Below the pieces are notes generated by a model, which searched no databases, had not been told where the DNA came from, and was given only the letters and a program-made list of their open reading frames with translations. From NCBI GenBank assembly GCA_027307335.1, contig DAHUXD010000039.1:11625-75624 (forward strand): DNA of 64,000 bases. The letters are read 5' to 3'. Below, one piece after another: positions 35,984-44,731 of this stretch. This stretch comes from Acidobacteriota bacterium. Lineage in GTDB: Bacteria; Acidobacteriota; Thermoanaerobaculia; UBA5066; Gp7-AA6. The translations under genes were made by a program, and so were the position numbers. Positions within the stretch are counted from its first letter, which is position 1, and each line of letters opens with the position of its first letter.

Positions 35984-37393
35984 ATGGCGACTGAGGCCGC
36001 CACCTCGGCAGGCACCGCGCCCCGCGGCACGATGCGGTACGTGCTCCGGATCTCCGCCGTCGCGGCGACGGGCGGCTTCCTGTTCGGCTACGACACCGCC
36101 GTCGTCAACGGCACGGTCGGCGCGCTCGAGCGCCACTTCCGCGCGGACGCCGGCCGGCTCGGATTCGCCGTCGCGGCGGCCCTCCTCGGCTCGGCGCTCG
36201 GAGCGATCCTCGCGGGCCGCGTCGCGGACCGCTGGGGGCGAGTCCCCGCGATGAAGGTGACGGCGCTCCTCTTCGCGGCCGGGTCGATCGGATCCGGCCT
36301 GGCCCAGTCGCTCGGGTCGTTCGCGGCCTGGCGGTTCCTGGGCGGGATCGCGGTCGGCGCGGCGAGCGTCGTGGCCCCGGCCTACATCGCCGAGGTCGCG
36401 CCGGCGCGCGTGCGCGGGCGGCTCGGGTCGCTGCAGCAGCTCGCGATCGTCACGGGCATCTTCCTGGCGCTCGCCGTGAACGACCTCATCGCCCACACCG
36501 CGGGGTCGCCGGACGCGCCGTTCTGGTTCGGCGTGCCCGCCTGGCGCTGGATGTTCTGGGTCGAGGTCCTGCCGTCGCTCGTGTACGGGCTCGGCGCCTT
36601 CTTCGTCCCCGAGTCTCCGCGACGGCTCGTGGCGGAGCGGCGCGAGGCGGAGGCGGCTGCCGTGCTCGCCCGCATCGGGGACCCCGACGTGCCCGAGCGC
36701 ATCCGGGAGATCCGGCAGACGGTGGGGGCGCGGCGGCCGGCCTTCGCGGACCTGCGCGCGGCGCGGAGCGGGCTCCTTCCGATCGTGTGGGTCGGCGTCG
36801 GGCTGTCGATCTTCCAGCAGTTCGTGGGGATCAACGTCATCTTCTATTACTCGACGGCGCTGTGGCACTCGGTAGGATTCACCGAGGCGGACTCCATGCG
36901 CATCAGCACGATCACCGGCATCATCAACATCGGCACGACGCTCGTCGCCATCGCCAGCGTCGACCGCTTCGGCCGCAAGCCGCTCCTTCTCGCCGGCTCG
37001 GTCGGCATGACGCTGACGCTCGGCACGATGGCGTGGCTCTTCGGACGCGCCCCGCTCGATCCGCACGGCACGCCCGTGCTGTCCGGCGCCGCGGGAACGG
37101 CGGCGCTCGTCGCGGCGAACCTGTACGTGTTCGCGTTCGGCTTCTCGTGGGGCCCCGTCGTCTGGGTGCTCCTCGGCGAGATGTTCAACAACCGGATCCG
37201 CGGCGCGGCCCTCGCGCTCGCCGCCGCGGCGCAGTGGGTCGCCAACTGGCTCGTCACGCTCACGTTCCCGGGCCTGTCCCGCGCGGGCCTCGGCTGGGCG
37301 TACGGGCTGTACACCGGCGCCGCGGCCGCGTCGTTTCTCTTCGTCGCCCGGTTCGTGAGAGAGACGAAGGGACGCGCGCTGGAGGACATGTGA
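35984..37393 (+). CDS. Sugar porter family MFS transporter (GlcP-like)
   Basis: GGFLFGYDTAV, YIAEVAP..RGRLG, PESPR, QQFVGINVIFYY, DRFGRK, ETKGR.LE. Confidence 0.95.
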   Translation: MATEAATSAGTAPRGTMRYVLRISAVAATGGFLFGYDTAVVNGTVGALERHFRADAGRLGFAVAAALLGSALGAILAGRVADRWGRVPAMKVTALLFAAGSIGSGLAQSLGSFAAWRFLGGIAVGAASVVAPAYIAEVAPARVRGRLGSLQQLAIVTGIFLALAVNDLIAHTAGSPDAPFWFGVPAWRWMFWVEVLPSLVYGLGAFFVPESPRRLVAERREAEAAAVLARIGDPDVPERIREIRQTVGARRPAFADLRAARSGLLPIVWVGVGLSIFQQFVGINVIFYYSTALWHSVGFTEADSMRISTITGIINIGTTLVAIASVDRFGRKPLLLAGSVGMTLTLGTMAWLFGRAPLDPHGTPVLSGAAGTAALVAANLYVFAFGFSWGPVVWVLLGEMFNNRIRGAALALAAAAQWVANWLVTLTFPGLSRAGLGWAYGLYTGAAAASFLFVARFVRETKGRALEDM

Positions 37394-37414
37394 GGGGAGA
37401 GGTTGGCGAGGTCG

Positions 37415-37450
37415 CCCCCTCACCCCGGCCCTCTCCCGAGGGGAGAGGGA
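37415..37450. repeat. CCCTCACCCC..CCCTCTCCC/GGGAGAGGG palindromic repeat
   Basis: CCCCTCACCCCGGCCCTCTCCCGAGGGGAGAGGG hairpin; related copies at 6737 and 46989-47097. Confidence 0.7.
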
Positions 37451-37472
37451 GAAGGAATGAGGAGGTGACCAG

Positions 37473-37844
37473 GTGAGCAGTCCCGATCGAGTGGGCCCCG
37501 AGAAGAGGCGGGTCGGCGTGGCGGAGGCGATGCGGCAGCTGCCGGGGCCGAACGGCGACCGTTTCGCGACGGTGCTCCGGCACGGCACGCTCGACATCGA
37601 AATCTACGCGCCGCGCGGCACGGATCCGCAGAAGCCGCACACGCGCGACGAGGTGTACGTCGTCGTGCAGGGCCAGGGCGAGTTCCGCAATGGCTCGAAG
37701 ATCGAGCGATTCGGTCCCGGCGACGTGCTCTTCGTCCCGGCGCTCGAGGACCACCGGTTCGAGAACTTCACCCAGGACCTCGTGGTGTGGGTGATGTTCT
37801 ACGGCCCGGAGGGCGGGGAGGCGGCGCTCGCGTCGGCCCCGTGA
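37473..37844 (+). CDS. Cupin domain protein
   Basis: QKPHTRDEVYVV..G.G, GDVLFVPA..HRFE. Confidence 0.88.
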   Translation: MSSPDRVGPEKRRVGVAEAMRQLPGPNGDRFATVLRHGTLDIEIYAPRGTDPQKPHTRDEVYVVVQGQGEFRNGSKIERFGPGDVLFVPALEDHRFENFTQDLVVWVMFYGPEGGEAALASAP

Positions 37845-37973
37845 CATCGAGTCGTCTTCGCCGGCCGGTCCTCCATTCTCTCGGGCCGGCTGCCGACGCG
37901 GCGTTCTCCCGCCGCGCGGCGGACGCGTGCGATACTCGCCGCCCGAGAACGTCCGTAACAGGAGAATGACGAC

Positions 37974-38426
37974 ATGATCGAGCGGCTCCGCGAGAGCAAC
38001 GAGAAGGCGTTCGGCTTCAAGGTGACGGGCCGGGTCACGGCGGCGGAGGTCGAGGCCCTCGCTCCGCAGCTCGAGTTCGCGATCAAGGATCGCGGCAAGC
38101 GCACGCTCGGGATCCTCGCGGATCTCTCGGCCATGACGGGAGCCGAGTGGAAGGCGCGCTGGGACGAGATCAAGTTCCTCGCGAAGTTCGGCGAGCACAT
38201 CGAGCGCGTGGCCGTCGTGGGCGCCGGAAAGTGGGAGGACGTGAAGGCGGAGGTCCTCGGCGGCACGGTCCTCGTGCAGGCGGAGACCCGCTACTACCCC
38301 TCGGACGACATCCTGCACGCGTGGCACTGGGTCAAGACGGGGGACGCGGGCGCGGCCGCGGGTCGGACCATCCTGCCGAAGGGCAGCCTCATGGCGGGTT
38401 ACGTGCCGGAGTACTCGGAGGTCTGA
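37974..38426 (+). CDS. SpoIIAA-like (STAS/SEC14) domain protein
   Basis: GFKVTGRVT, ARWDEIKF, IERVAVVG, AWHWV. Confidence 0.8.
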   Translation: MIERLRESNEKAFGFKVTGRVTAAEVEALAPQLEFAIKDRGKRTLGILADLSAMTGAEWKARWDEIKFLAKFGEHIERVAVVGAGKWEDVKAEVLGGTVLVQAETRYYPSDDILHAWHWVKTGDAGAAAGRTILPKGSLMAGYVPEYSEV

Positions 38427-38428
38427 CC

Positions 38429-38935
38429 TTGAGCGGCGCGGGCGTCTCGATCGAGCGTCTGACGCCCTCCGACTGGGACGCCGTCCGCGGGATCTACCTC
38501 GAGGGAATCGCGACCGGCGACGCCACCTTCGAGACCGATGCGCCGGGATGGGAGATCTGGGACGGCGCGCACCGCCAGGACGCGCGGCTCGTCGCCCGCC
38601 GCGCCGGGCGCGTCGTGGGATGGGCCGCGCTGACGCGCGTCTCCGGGCGCTGCGTCTACGCGGGCGTCGCGGAGGTCAGCGTTTACGTCGCGGAGAGCGC
38701 GCGCGGCGAGGGCGTCGGCCGCGCGCTCCTCGAGGCGCTGATCGCCGCGTCGGAGCAGGCGGGCGTCTGGACGCTCCAGGCCGGAATCTTTCCCGAGAAT
38801 GCCGCGTCGATCGCGCTGCACGAGCGCTGCGGCTTCCGCATCGTCGGGCGGCGGGAACGGCTCGGCCGTCTCGGTCCGACGTGGCGCGACGTGATGCTGC
38901 TCGAGCGACGGAGCCCGCGCGTGGGCGCGAGCTGA
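38429..38935 (+). CDS. GNAT N-acetyltransferase (phosphinothricin / methionine sulfoximine acetyltransferase-like)
   Basis: ATFET, AEVSVYV..RGEGVG, IFPENAASIALH..CGF, WRDV. Confidence 0.9.
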   Translation: MSGAGVSIERLTPSDWDAVRGIYLEGIATGDATFETDAPGWEIWDGAHRQDARLVARRAGRVVGWAALTRVSGRCVYAGVAEVSVYVAESARGEGVGRALLEALIAASEQAGVWTLQAGIFPENAASIALHERCGFRIVGRRERLGRLGPTWRDVMLLERRSPRVGAS

Positions 38936-38963
38936 GCCGCCGCGCTTTTCGAACGCGATCCCG

Positions 38964-40220
38964 ATGCCTCACGACGTCTCTCTCATCTCGACGGTCGCGA
39001 TCGGCCTGAGCTTCGCGTTCGTCGGCGGCCTGCTCGCCGTGCGCGTGGGCTTGCCGCCGCTCGTCGGCTACCTGCTGGCGGGCATCGTGGTCGGTCCGTT
39101 CACGCCGGGGTTCGTGGCGGACCAGAAGCTCGCCCCGCAGATCGCGGAGATCGGCGTCGTCCTGCTGATGTTCGGCGTCGGCATGCACTTCTCGATCGGC
39201 GACCTCTGGGCCGTCCGCCGGATCGCCGTCCCGGGGGCGATCGGCCAGATCGCGGTGGCGACCGCGCTCGGCGCGGGTGTCTCGCGGTTCTGGGGCTGGG
39301 AGCTCGACGACGGGCTGATGTTCGGCCTGGCGCTGTCGACCGCGAGCACGGTCGTGCTGCTGCGGGCCCTGGAGGATCGAGGCCTGGTTCAGACCGCGGA
39401 CGGCCGGATCGCCATCGGCTGGCTCGTCGTCGAGGATCTCGTCATGGTCCTCGCGCTCGTTCTCCTGCCGGCGCTCGCCCACGCCCTCGCGCCGCCGGGC
39501 GCCCCACCCGCCGCCGGCGGCATCGGATGGGCGATCGCGATCACGCTCGGCAAGGTGATCGCGTTCGTCGGGCTGATGCTCGTGGTGGGCAAGCGGGTCT
39601 TTCCCTGGCTGCTGAGGCGCGTCGACAGGACCGGGTCGAGGGAGCTGTTCACCCTGGCGGTCATCGCGCTCTCGCTCGGCGTGGCGTTCGGGTCCGCCGA
39701 GCTGTTCGGCGTGTCGCTCGCGCTGGGGGCCTTCTTCGCCGGGATGGTGGTTCACGAATCCGATCTGAGCCACCGCGCGGCGCACGAGCTGCGGCCGCTC
39801 CAGGACGCGTTCGGCGCCCTCTTCTTCGTGGCGATGGGCATGCTCTTCGACCCGTCCGTGCTGGTCCGGGAACCGCTCCGGGTCCTCGTCGTCGTCCTCA
39901 TCATCGTGGTCGGCAAGTCGCTGGCGGCCCTCGGCATCGTGCGGCTGCTCCGCGGCTCGATGCACACGGCGCTCACCGTCTCCGCGGCGCTCGCGCAGAT
40001 CGGGGAGTTCTCGTTCATCCTCGCCGCGCTCGGCGTGAGCCTCGGGCTTCTCGTCCCGGAGACGCAGAGCCTGATCGTGGCCGGAGCGCTCCTCTCGATC
40101 ACCATCAATCCCATCGTGTTCCGGGCCCTCGCGCGACCCGCGCGGCGGGAGAACGCCGCGTTGGAAGCCCGGGCCGGACGAAGCGCGGGCCGGAATTCCG
40201 AAGAAGAAATCAGCCCGTGA
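38964..40220 (+). CDS. CPA2 cation:proton antiporter, YbaL/RosB-like (no C-terminal TrkA-N domain)
   Basis: PPLVGYLLAG, AEIGVVLLMFGVG, STASTVV, VEDL, AQIGEFSF. Confidence 0.88.
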   Translation: MPHDVSLISTVAIGLSFAFVGGLLAVRVGLPPLVGYLLAGIVVGPFTPGFVADQKLAPQIAEIGVVLLMFGVGMHFSIGDLWAVRRIAVPGAIGQIAVATALGAGVSRFWGWELDDGLMFGLALSTASTVVLLRALEDRGLVQTADGRIAIGWLVVEDLVMVLALVLLPALAHALAPPGAPPAAGGIGWAIAITLGKVIAFVGLMLVVGKRVFPWLLRRVDRTGSRELFTLAVIALSLGVAFGSAELFGVSLALGAFFAGMVVHESDLSHRAAHELRPLQDAFGALFFVAMGMLFDPSVLVREPLRVLVVVLIIVVGKSLAALGIVRLLRGSMHTALTVSAALAQIGEFSFILAALGVSLGLLVPETQSLIVAGALLSITINPIVFRALARPARRENAALEARAGRSAGRNSEEEISP

Positions 40221-41164
40221 GCATCCTCGTCCTCGGCGGCTCCGGCTTCATCGGAGGCGCCGCCGTGCGGCGTCTACGCGCGCGAGGCGCGGAGGTCCGG
40301 ACCTTTCAGCGGGGCGAGGGAGCCGACGTGCGGGGCGATCGGGCCGAGCTTCCGAGGCATCGCGACACCCTCGCGCGCCTCGCGCCGGACGTCGTGGTGG
40401 ATGCGATCGCGTTCACCGAGGCGGACGCCGCCGCCCTCGTCGAGACGTTCCGCGGCGTCGCCCGGCGCACGCTCGTCCTCTCGAGCCAGGACGTGTACGC
40501 ATCCTACGGCCGACTGCTCGGTCTCGAACCGGGCGCGCCGGGGGAGATCCCGTCGAAGGAAGACGGGCCGCTTCGCGCGGCGCGCTTCCCGTACCGCGCG
40601 AAAGCCGCCGGTCCGCAGGAGATGGCGTACGGGTACGAGAAGATCCTCGTCGAGAAGGTCGCGGCCGCGGATCCGGCGCTGCCGGCGACGATCCTGAGGC
40701 TGCCGTGCGTCTACGGACCCGGAGACCGGCACCATCGGGTCGGAAAGGTCCTCGCGCGTCTCGCGTCGGGCAGACCGTTTCTCCTCGATCGCGCGAAGGC
40801 GCGCTGGCGCTGGATGCGCGGGTCGGTCCGGAATGTCGCGGAGGCGATCGCTCTGGCGGCGCTCGACGGGCGCGCCGCGGGCCGCTTCTACAACGTGGGC
40901 GAGGAGCCGGCGCCGACGGAGTCGGAGTGGGTGCATCGGATCGCGCGGGCCGCGGGGCTCTCGGCCGATGTCCGCGAGGTCGCCCGCGCGGAGCTGCCGC
41001 GGGAGCTCGCCGAGCCGTTCGACTTCGCGCACGACCTCGTGGCGGACACGCGGCGCATCCGGGAGGAGCTGGGATACGGCGAGATCGAGGATCCGGAGGC
41101 CGCGGCGAGGACGGCGGTTGCGTGGGAGCGCGCCGCCGGGACATCGTCGGCCTCCAGCTCTTGA
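40217..41164 (+). CDS. NAD-dependent epimerase/dehydratase family protein
   Basis: LVLGGSGFIG, SSQDVY, YEK, LRLPCVYGPG. Confidence 0.85.
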   Translation: MSILVLGGSGFIGGAAVRRLRARGAEVRTFQRGEGADVRGDRAELPRHRDTLARLAPDVVVDAIAFTEADAAALVETFRGVARRTLVLSSQDVYASYGRLLGLEPGAPGEIPSKEDGPLRAARFPYRAKAAGPQEMAYGYEKILVEKVAAADPALPATILRLPCVYGPGDRHHRVGKVLARLASGRPFLLDRAKARWRWMRGSVRNVAEAIALAALDGRAAGRFYNVGEEPAPTESEWVHRIARAAGLSADVREVARAELPRELAEPFDFAHDLVADTRRIREELGYGEIEDPEAAARTAVAWERAAGTSSASSS

Positions 41165-41177
41165 CCGCGTTTTCCGC

Positions 41178-41206
41178 TTGACTTACGCCCTTTTGACGCC
41201 TAGTCT
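41178..41206 (+). promoter_or_regulatory. Sigma-70-like promoter of dnaE2, with a direct repeat in the spacer
   Basis: TTGACT-N17-TAGTCT, 9 nt before the ATG; ACGCC repeated at an 11-bp period in the spacer. Confidence 0.6.
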
Positions 41207-41215
41207 CGGCTCCCC

Positions 41216-44200
41216 ATGGCCGATAAGCGCCACCGCCCGTCGGGCAGCGCGCCGGAGATGCCGCCCTCGCGGAACATGGGGGTGGGCAACTCCTCCTGCG
41301 GCGGACGACACTCGGACGCCGACCCGCTGTCCTCCATCGTCTCGGCCGGGGCGCGCAAGGAGAAGCTGAGGCACCGCGACTTCGTGTCGTCCGCGCCGCG
41401 ACACACGAAGGCGCCCCCGTATTCGGAGCTGCGCTGCGCGTCGGCCTTTTCCTTCCTCGACGGCGCGTCGCTGCCGGAGGACCTGGTCGAGGAGGCCGCG
41501 CGGCTGGAGATTCCGGCGGTCGCGCTCGTCGACCGCAACGGCGTCTACGGCGCGCCGCGGTTCTACAAGGCCGCGAAGGCGGCGGGACTCCGGGCGATCG
41601 TGGGCGCGGAGGTGACCTTGGAGGGCGGGGACAAGCCCCGCCCCTACAAACGCAGGCCCGTAGGGGCGGCCCTTGCGGCCGCCCGTCCGGCGCCTCGCCT
41701 CACACTTCTCGTCGAGTCTCGCGCCGGCTACAGGAACCTCTGCCGGCTGATCACCACGGGTGCGCTCGGGAAGGCGAAGGGGGAGACCGCCGTCACGCTC
41801 GACCAGGTCGCCGCGCACGCGGAGGGACTCCACGTCCTGACTGGCGGCGACGAGGGGCCCGCCGCGCGCGCGCTCGGAAAAGGTGGCCTCGACGCCGCGA
41901 AGGATCTCCTCGCGGACCTCCGCGCGATCTTTCCGGGCCGCCTCCACGTCGAGCTCCAGCGCCATCATCTCCGCGAGGAGGAGCACCGCAACCGCGCGCT
42001 CGGCGACCTCGCCCGCGCGCTGAAGCTGCCGCTCGTCGCGACGAACGGCGTGCGCTACGCGCGGACGAAGGACAAGGAACTCCACGACGTCCTGACTTCG
42101 ATCCGGAACCACGTGACGCTCGATCGGGCCGGCCGTCTCCTCGCGGCGCAGCGCGAGCGCCACTTCCGGGGAAGCGCCGCGATGCGCGAGCTCTTCGCCG
42201 ACCGACCGGACGCCGTCGACGCGGCCGCCGAGCTCGCGCGGCGCCTCGACTTCACGCTCGCGGACCTCGGCTACCGATTTCCCGAGTACCCGCTGCCTCC
42301 GGGCGAGACGCCGTCGTCGCACCTGCGCCGCCTGACCTGGAACGGCGCGCGGGCGCGCTTCCGGCCGCTGACCGCGAAGGCGCAGGCGCAGATCGAGAAG
42401 GAGCTCGCGATGATCGAGAAGCTCGACCTCGCCGGCTACTTCCTCATCGTCCACGACGTCGTGCGCTTCTGCCTCGAGGAGCGGATCCTCGTCCAGGGCC
42501 GCGGCTCGGCCGCCAACAGCGCCGTCTGCTACGCGCTCTCGATCACCGCCGTGGACCCGGTGAAGATGGAGCTTCTCTTCGAGCGATTCCTCTCGGAGGA
42601 GCGCGGCGAGTGGCCGGACATCGACCTCGACCTGCCCTCCGGCGACCAGCGCGAGCGCGTCATCCAGCACGTCTACGGGAAGTACGGGCCGCACGGCGCC
42701 GGCATGACGGCGAACGTGATCACCTACCGCGACCGCTCCTCGGCCCGCGAGGTCGCGAAGGCGCTCGGCTACTCGCCGGAGCAGGTGGACGCGCTGTCGA
42801 AGCAGCTTGGCGGCTGGAACTTCGGCGAGATCCGCGAGCCCGTCGAGGAGCTCGAGGGCGAGATCGCCGCCGCCGGCTTCGACCCCGAGGAGCGGCGTGC
42901 GCGCCACTTCCTGCGCCTCTTCCTCCAGATCCAGAACCTCCCGCGCCACCTCGGCCAGCACTCGGGCGGCATCGTCGTCGCGGCGGGCCGGCTCGACGAG
43001 GTCGTCCCGCTCGAGCCCGCGTCCATGCCGGGCCGCGTCGTCGTGCAGTGGGACAAGGACGACTGCGCCGACCTCGGCATCGTCAAGGTGGACCTCCTCG
43101 GCCTCGGCATGCTCGCCGCGATCGAGGAGTGCATTCCCATGATCTCGACGCACGAGAAGGTCGCGGTCGACCTCGCGCACCTGCCGCAGGACGATCCCGC
43201 CGTCTACGGGATGCTGAACGCGGCGGACACGGTCGGCCTCTTCCAGGTCGAGAGCCGCGCACAGATGGCGTCGCTGCCGCGCAACGCGCCGAAATGCTTC
43301 TACGACATCGTCGTGCAGGTCGCGATCATCCGGCCGGGGCCGATCGTCGGCGGCATGGTCCATCCCTTCTTCGACCGGCGGCAGGGGAGAGCGCCGGTCG
43401 AGTATCCGGACCCCTGCCTCGAGCCGATCCTGAAGCGCACGCTCGGCGTGCCGCTCTTCCAGGAGCAAATCCTGAAGATGGCGATGGTCGCGGCGGGCTT
43501 CTCGGGCGGCGAGGCCGAGGAGCTGCGGCGCGCGATGGGGTTCAAGCGCTCGGCCGAGCGCATGGAGTCGATCGAGACGCGGCTGCGCCTCGGGATGGCG
43601 GCGCGCGGCATCGGCGAGAAGGCGCGCGACCAGATCGTCAAGTGCATCACGTCGTTCGCGCTCTACGGCTTTCCCGAGTCGCACGCGGCGAGCTTCGCGC
43701 TCATCGCCTATGCGAGCGCGTACCTGAAGGCGCACCACCCGGCCGCGTTCCTCGCGGCGCTCTTGAACTCGTGGCCGATGGGCTTCTACCACCCGGCGAC
43801 GCTCGTGAAGGACGCGCAGCACCACGGCACCCGCGTCCGGCCGATCGACGCGACGCGCTCGGGCTGGAAGTGCCGGTGGGAGGAGGGCGCGGTGCGCCTG
43901 GGGATGCGCTTCGTCAAGGGTCTGCGCGAGGAGGCCGGCCTCTCGGTCGAGCGCGCGCAGGCCGAGCGGCCGTTCGCCTCGATCGACGATCTCGCGCGGC
44001 GCTCGGCGCTGCGTCCCGGCGACCTCGAGCTCCTCGCCCACGCGGGCGCGCTCTCGGGGTTTGGGAAGTCGCGGCGCGAGGCGCTGTGGCAGGTGTCGAA
44101 GGTCGCGCGCCGTGCCGGGCCGCTCCTCGACGCGCTGCCGACCGACGGCGTCTCGCCGCTGCCCGAGATGTCGCCGATCGAGGAGACGCGCGCGGACTAC

Positions 44201-44581
44201 CAGACGGCGGAGATGACGGCCGGGCCGCACATGCTCGCGCACCTGCGGGACGGGCTCGCGCGCCGCGGCGTGATCCCCGCGCGGGATCTGCCGCGCCGCG
44301 CGGATGGCGACCGCGTCACGACCGCGGGCGCGGTGATCGTGCGGCAGCGGCCGGGGACGGCGAAGGGCTTCGTGTTCCTGACGCTGGAGGACGAGACCGG
44401 GATGCTCCAGGCGATCGTGCGGCCGGACCTGTTCAAGGAGCAGCGGGCGCTCGTCGTCGGCTCGGGCGCGCTGGTGGTCGAGGGCCGCCTCCAGAAGCAG
44501 GACGGCTCGATGTCGGTCAAGGCGGAGCGGTTCTGGACGATCCCGGAGTTCGAGAGCCTGCCGAGCCACGATTTCCGTTAG
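41216..44581 (+). CDS. dnaE2: Error-prone DNA polymerase DnaE2 (ImuC), family C
   Basis: SAFSFLDGAS.PE.L, GRGSAANS, LLFERFLS, PDIDLD, PRHLGQHSGG, QWDKDD, YGFPESHAASF, RQRPGTAKG, and the C-terminal SHDFR hallmark. Confidence 0.95.
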   Translation: MADKRHRPSGSAPEMPPSRNMGVGNSSCGGRHSDADPLSSIVSAGARKEKLRHRDFVSSAPRHTKAPPYSELRCASAFSFLDGASLPEDLVEEAARLEIPAVALVDRNGVYGAPRFYKAAKAAGLRAIVGAEVTLEGGDKPRPYKRRPVGAALAAARPAPRLTLLVESRAGYRNLCRLITTGALGKAKGETAVTLDQVAAHAEGLHVLTGGDEGPAARALGKGGLDAAKDLLADLRAIFPGRLHVELQRHHLREEEHRNRALGDLARALKLPLVATNGVRYARTKDKELHDVLTSIRNHVTLDRAGRLLAAQRERHFRGSAAMRELFADRPDAVDAAAELARRLDFTLADLGYRFPEYPLPPGETPSSHLRRLTWNGARARFRPLTAKAQAQIEKELAMIEKLDLAGYFLIVHDVVRFCLEERILVQGRGSAANSAVCYALSITAVDPVKMELLFERFLSEERGEWPDIDLDLPSGDQRERVIQHVYGKYGPHGAGMTANVITYRDRSSAREVAKALGYSPEQVDALSKQLGGWNFGEIREPVEELEGEIAAAGFDPEERRARHFLRLFLQIQNLPRHLGQHSGGIVVAAGRLDEVVPLEPASMPGRVVVQWDKDDCADLGIVKVDLLGLGMLAAIEECIPMISTHEKVAVDLAHLPQDDPAVYGMLNAADTVGLFQVESRAQMASLPRNAPKCFYDIVVQVAIIRPGPIVGGMVHPFFDRRQGRAPVEYPDPCLEPILKRTLGVPLFQEQILKMAMVAAGFSGGEAEELRRAMGFKRSAERMESIETRLRLGMAARGIGEKARDQIVKCITSFALYGFPESHAASFALIAYASAYLKAHHPAAFLAALLNSWPMGFYHPATLVKDAQHHGTRVRPIDATRSGWKCRWEEGAVRLGMRFVKGLREEAGLSVERAQAERPFASIDDLARRSALRPGDLELLAHAGALSGFGKSRREALWQVSKVARRAGPLLDALPTDGVSPLPEMSPIEETRADYQTAEMTAGPHMLAHLRDGLARRGVIPARDLPRRADGDRVTTAGAVIVRQRPGTAKGFVFLTLEDETGMLQAIVRPDLFKEQRALVVGSGALVVEGRLQKQDGSMSVKAERFWTIPEFESLPSHDFR
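41623..41684. repeat. Pair of GTAG-type REP units inside the dnaE2 reading frame
   Basis: GGGCGGGGACAAGCCCCGCCCCTAC (41623-41647) and GTAGGGGCGGCCCTTGCGGCCGCCC (41660-41684) match the intergenic units at 53140, 56355 and 59716. Confidence 0.85.
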
Positions 44582-44600
44582 AGACGCCGCAGACGCCTTC

Positions 44601-44688
44601 TGTCATCCCGAGGAGCGCAGCGACGAGGGATCCCTTTGAAGTCACCGCGGGGGCATCGAAGGGATCCCTCGCTTCGCTCGGGATGACA
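44601..44688. repeat. TGTCATCCCGAG...CTCGGGATGACA palindromic element
   Basis: Perfect 12-bp terminal inverted repeats with internal GGGATCCC arms; degenerate copy near 61652. Confidence 0.8.
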
Positions 44689-44731
44689 AGAAAAGGCAAC
44701 CTTCCGTTCCGAGCCTCGTAAACTCCTCCCG

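Noticed and set aside
2..41164. Classical integron / attC cassette array
   Set aside because: No repeated attC-like sites in the intergenic gaps, many genes overlap directly, and no tyrosine recombinase is present in the window. Kept only as an analogy in the findings.
41183..44569. 1128-aa minus-strand ORF antisense to dnaE2 (likewise 48629-53851, 17217-19481, 35114-37597 and others)
   Set aside because: Shadow ORFs caused by high GC and codon bias. They have no recognisable motifs and mirror well-supported + strand genes.
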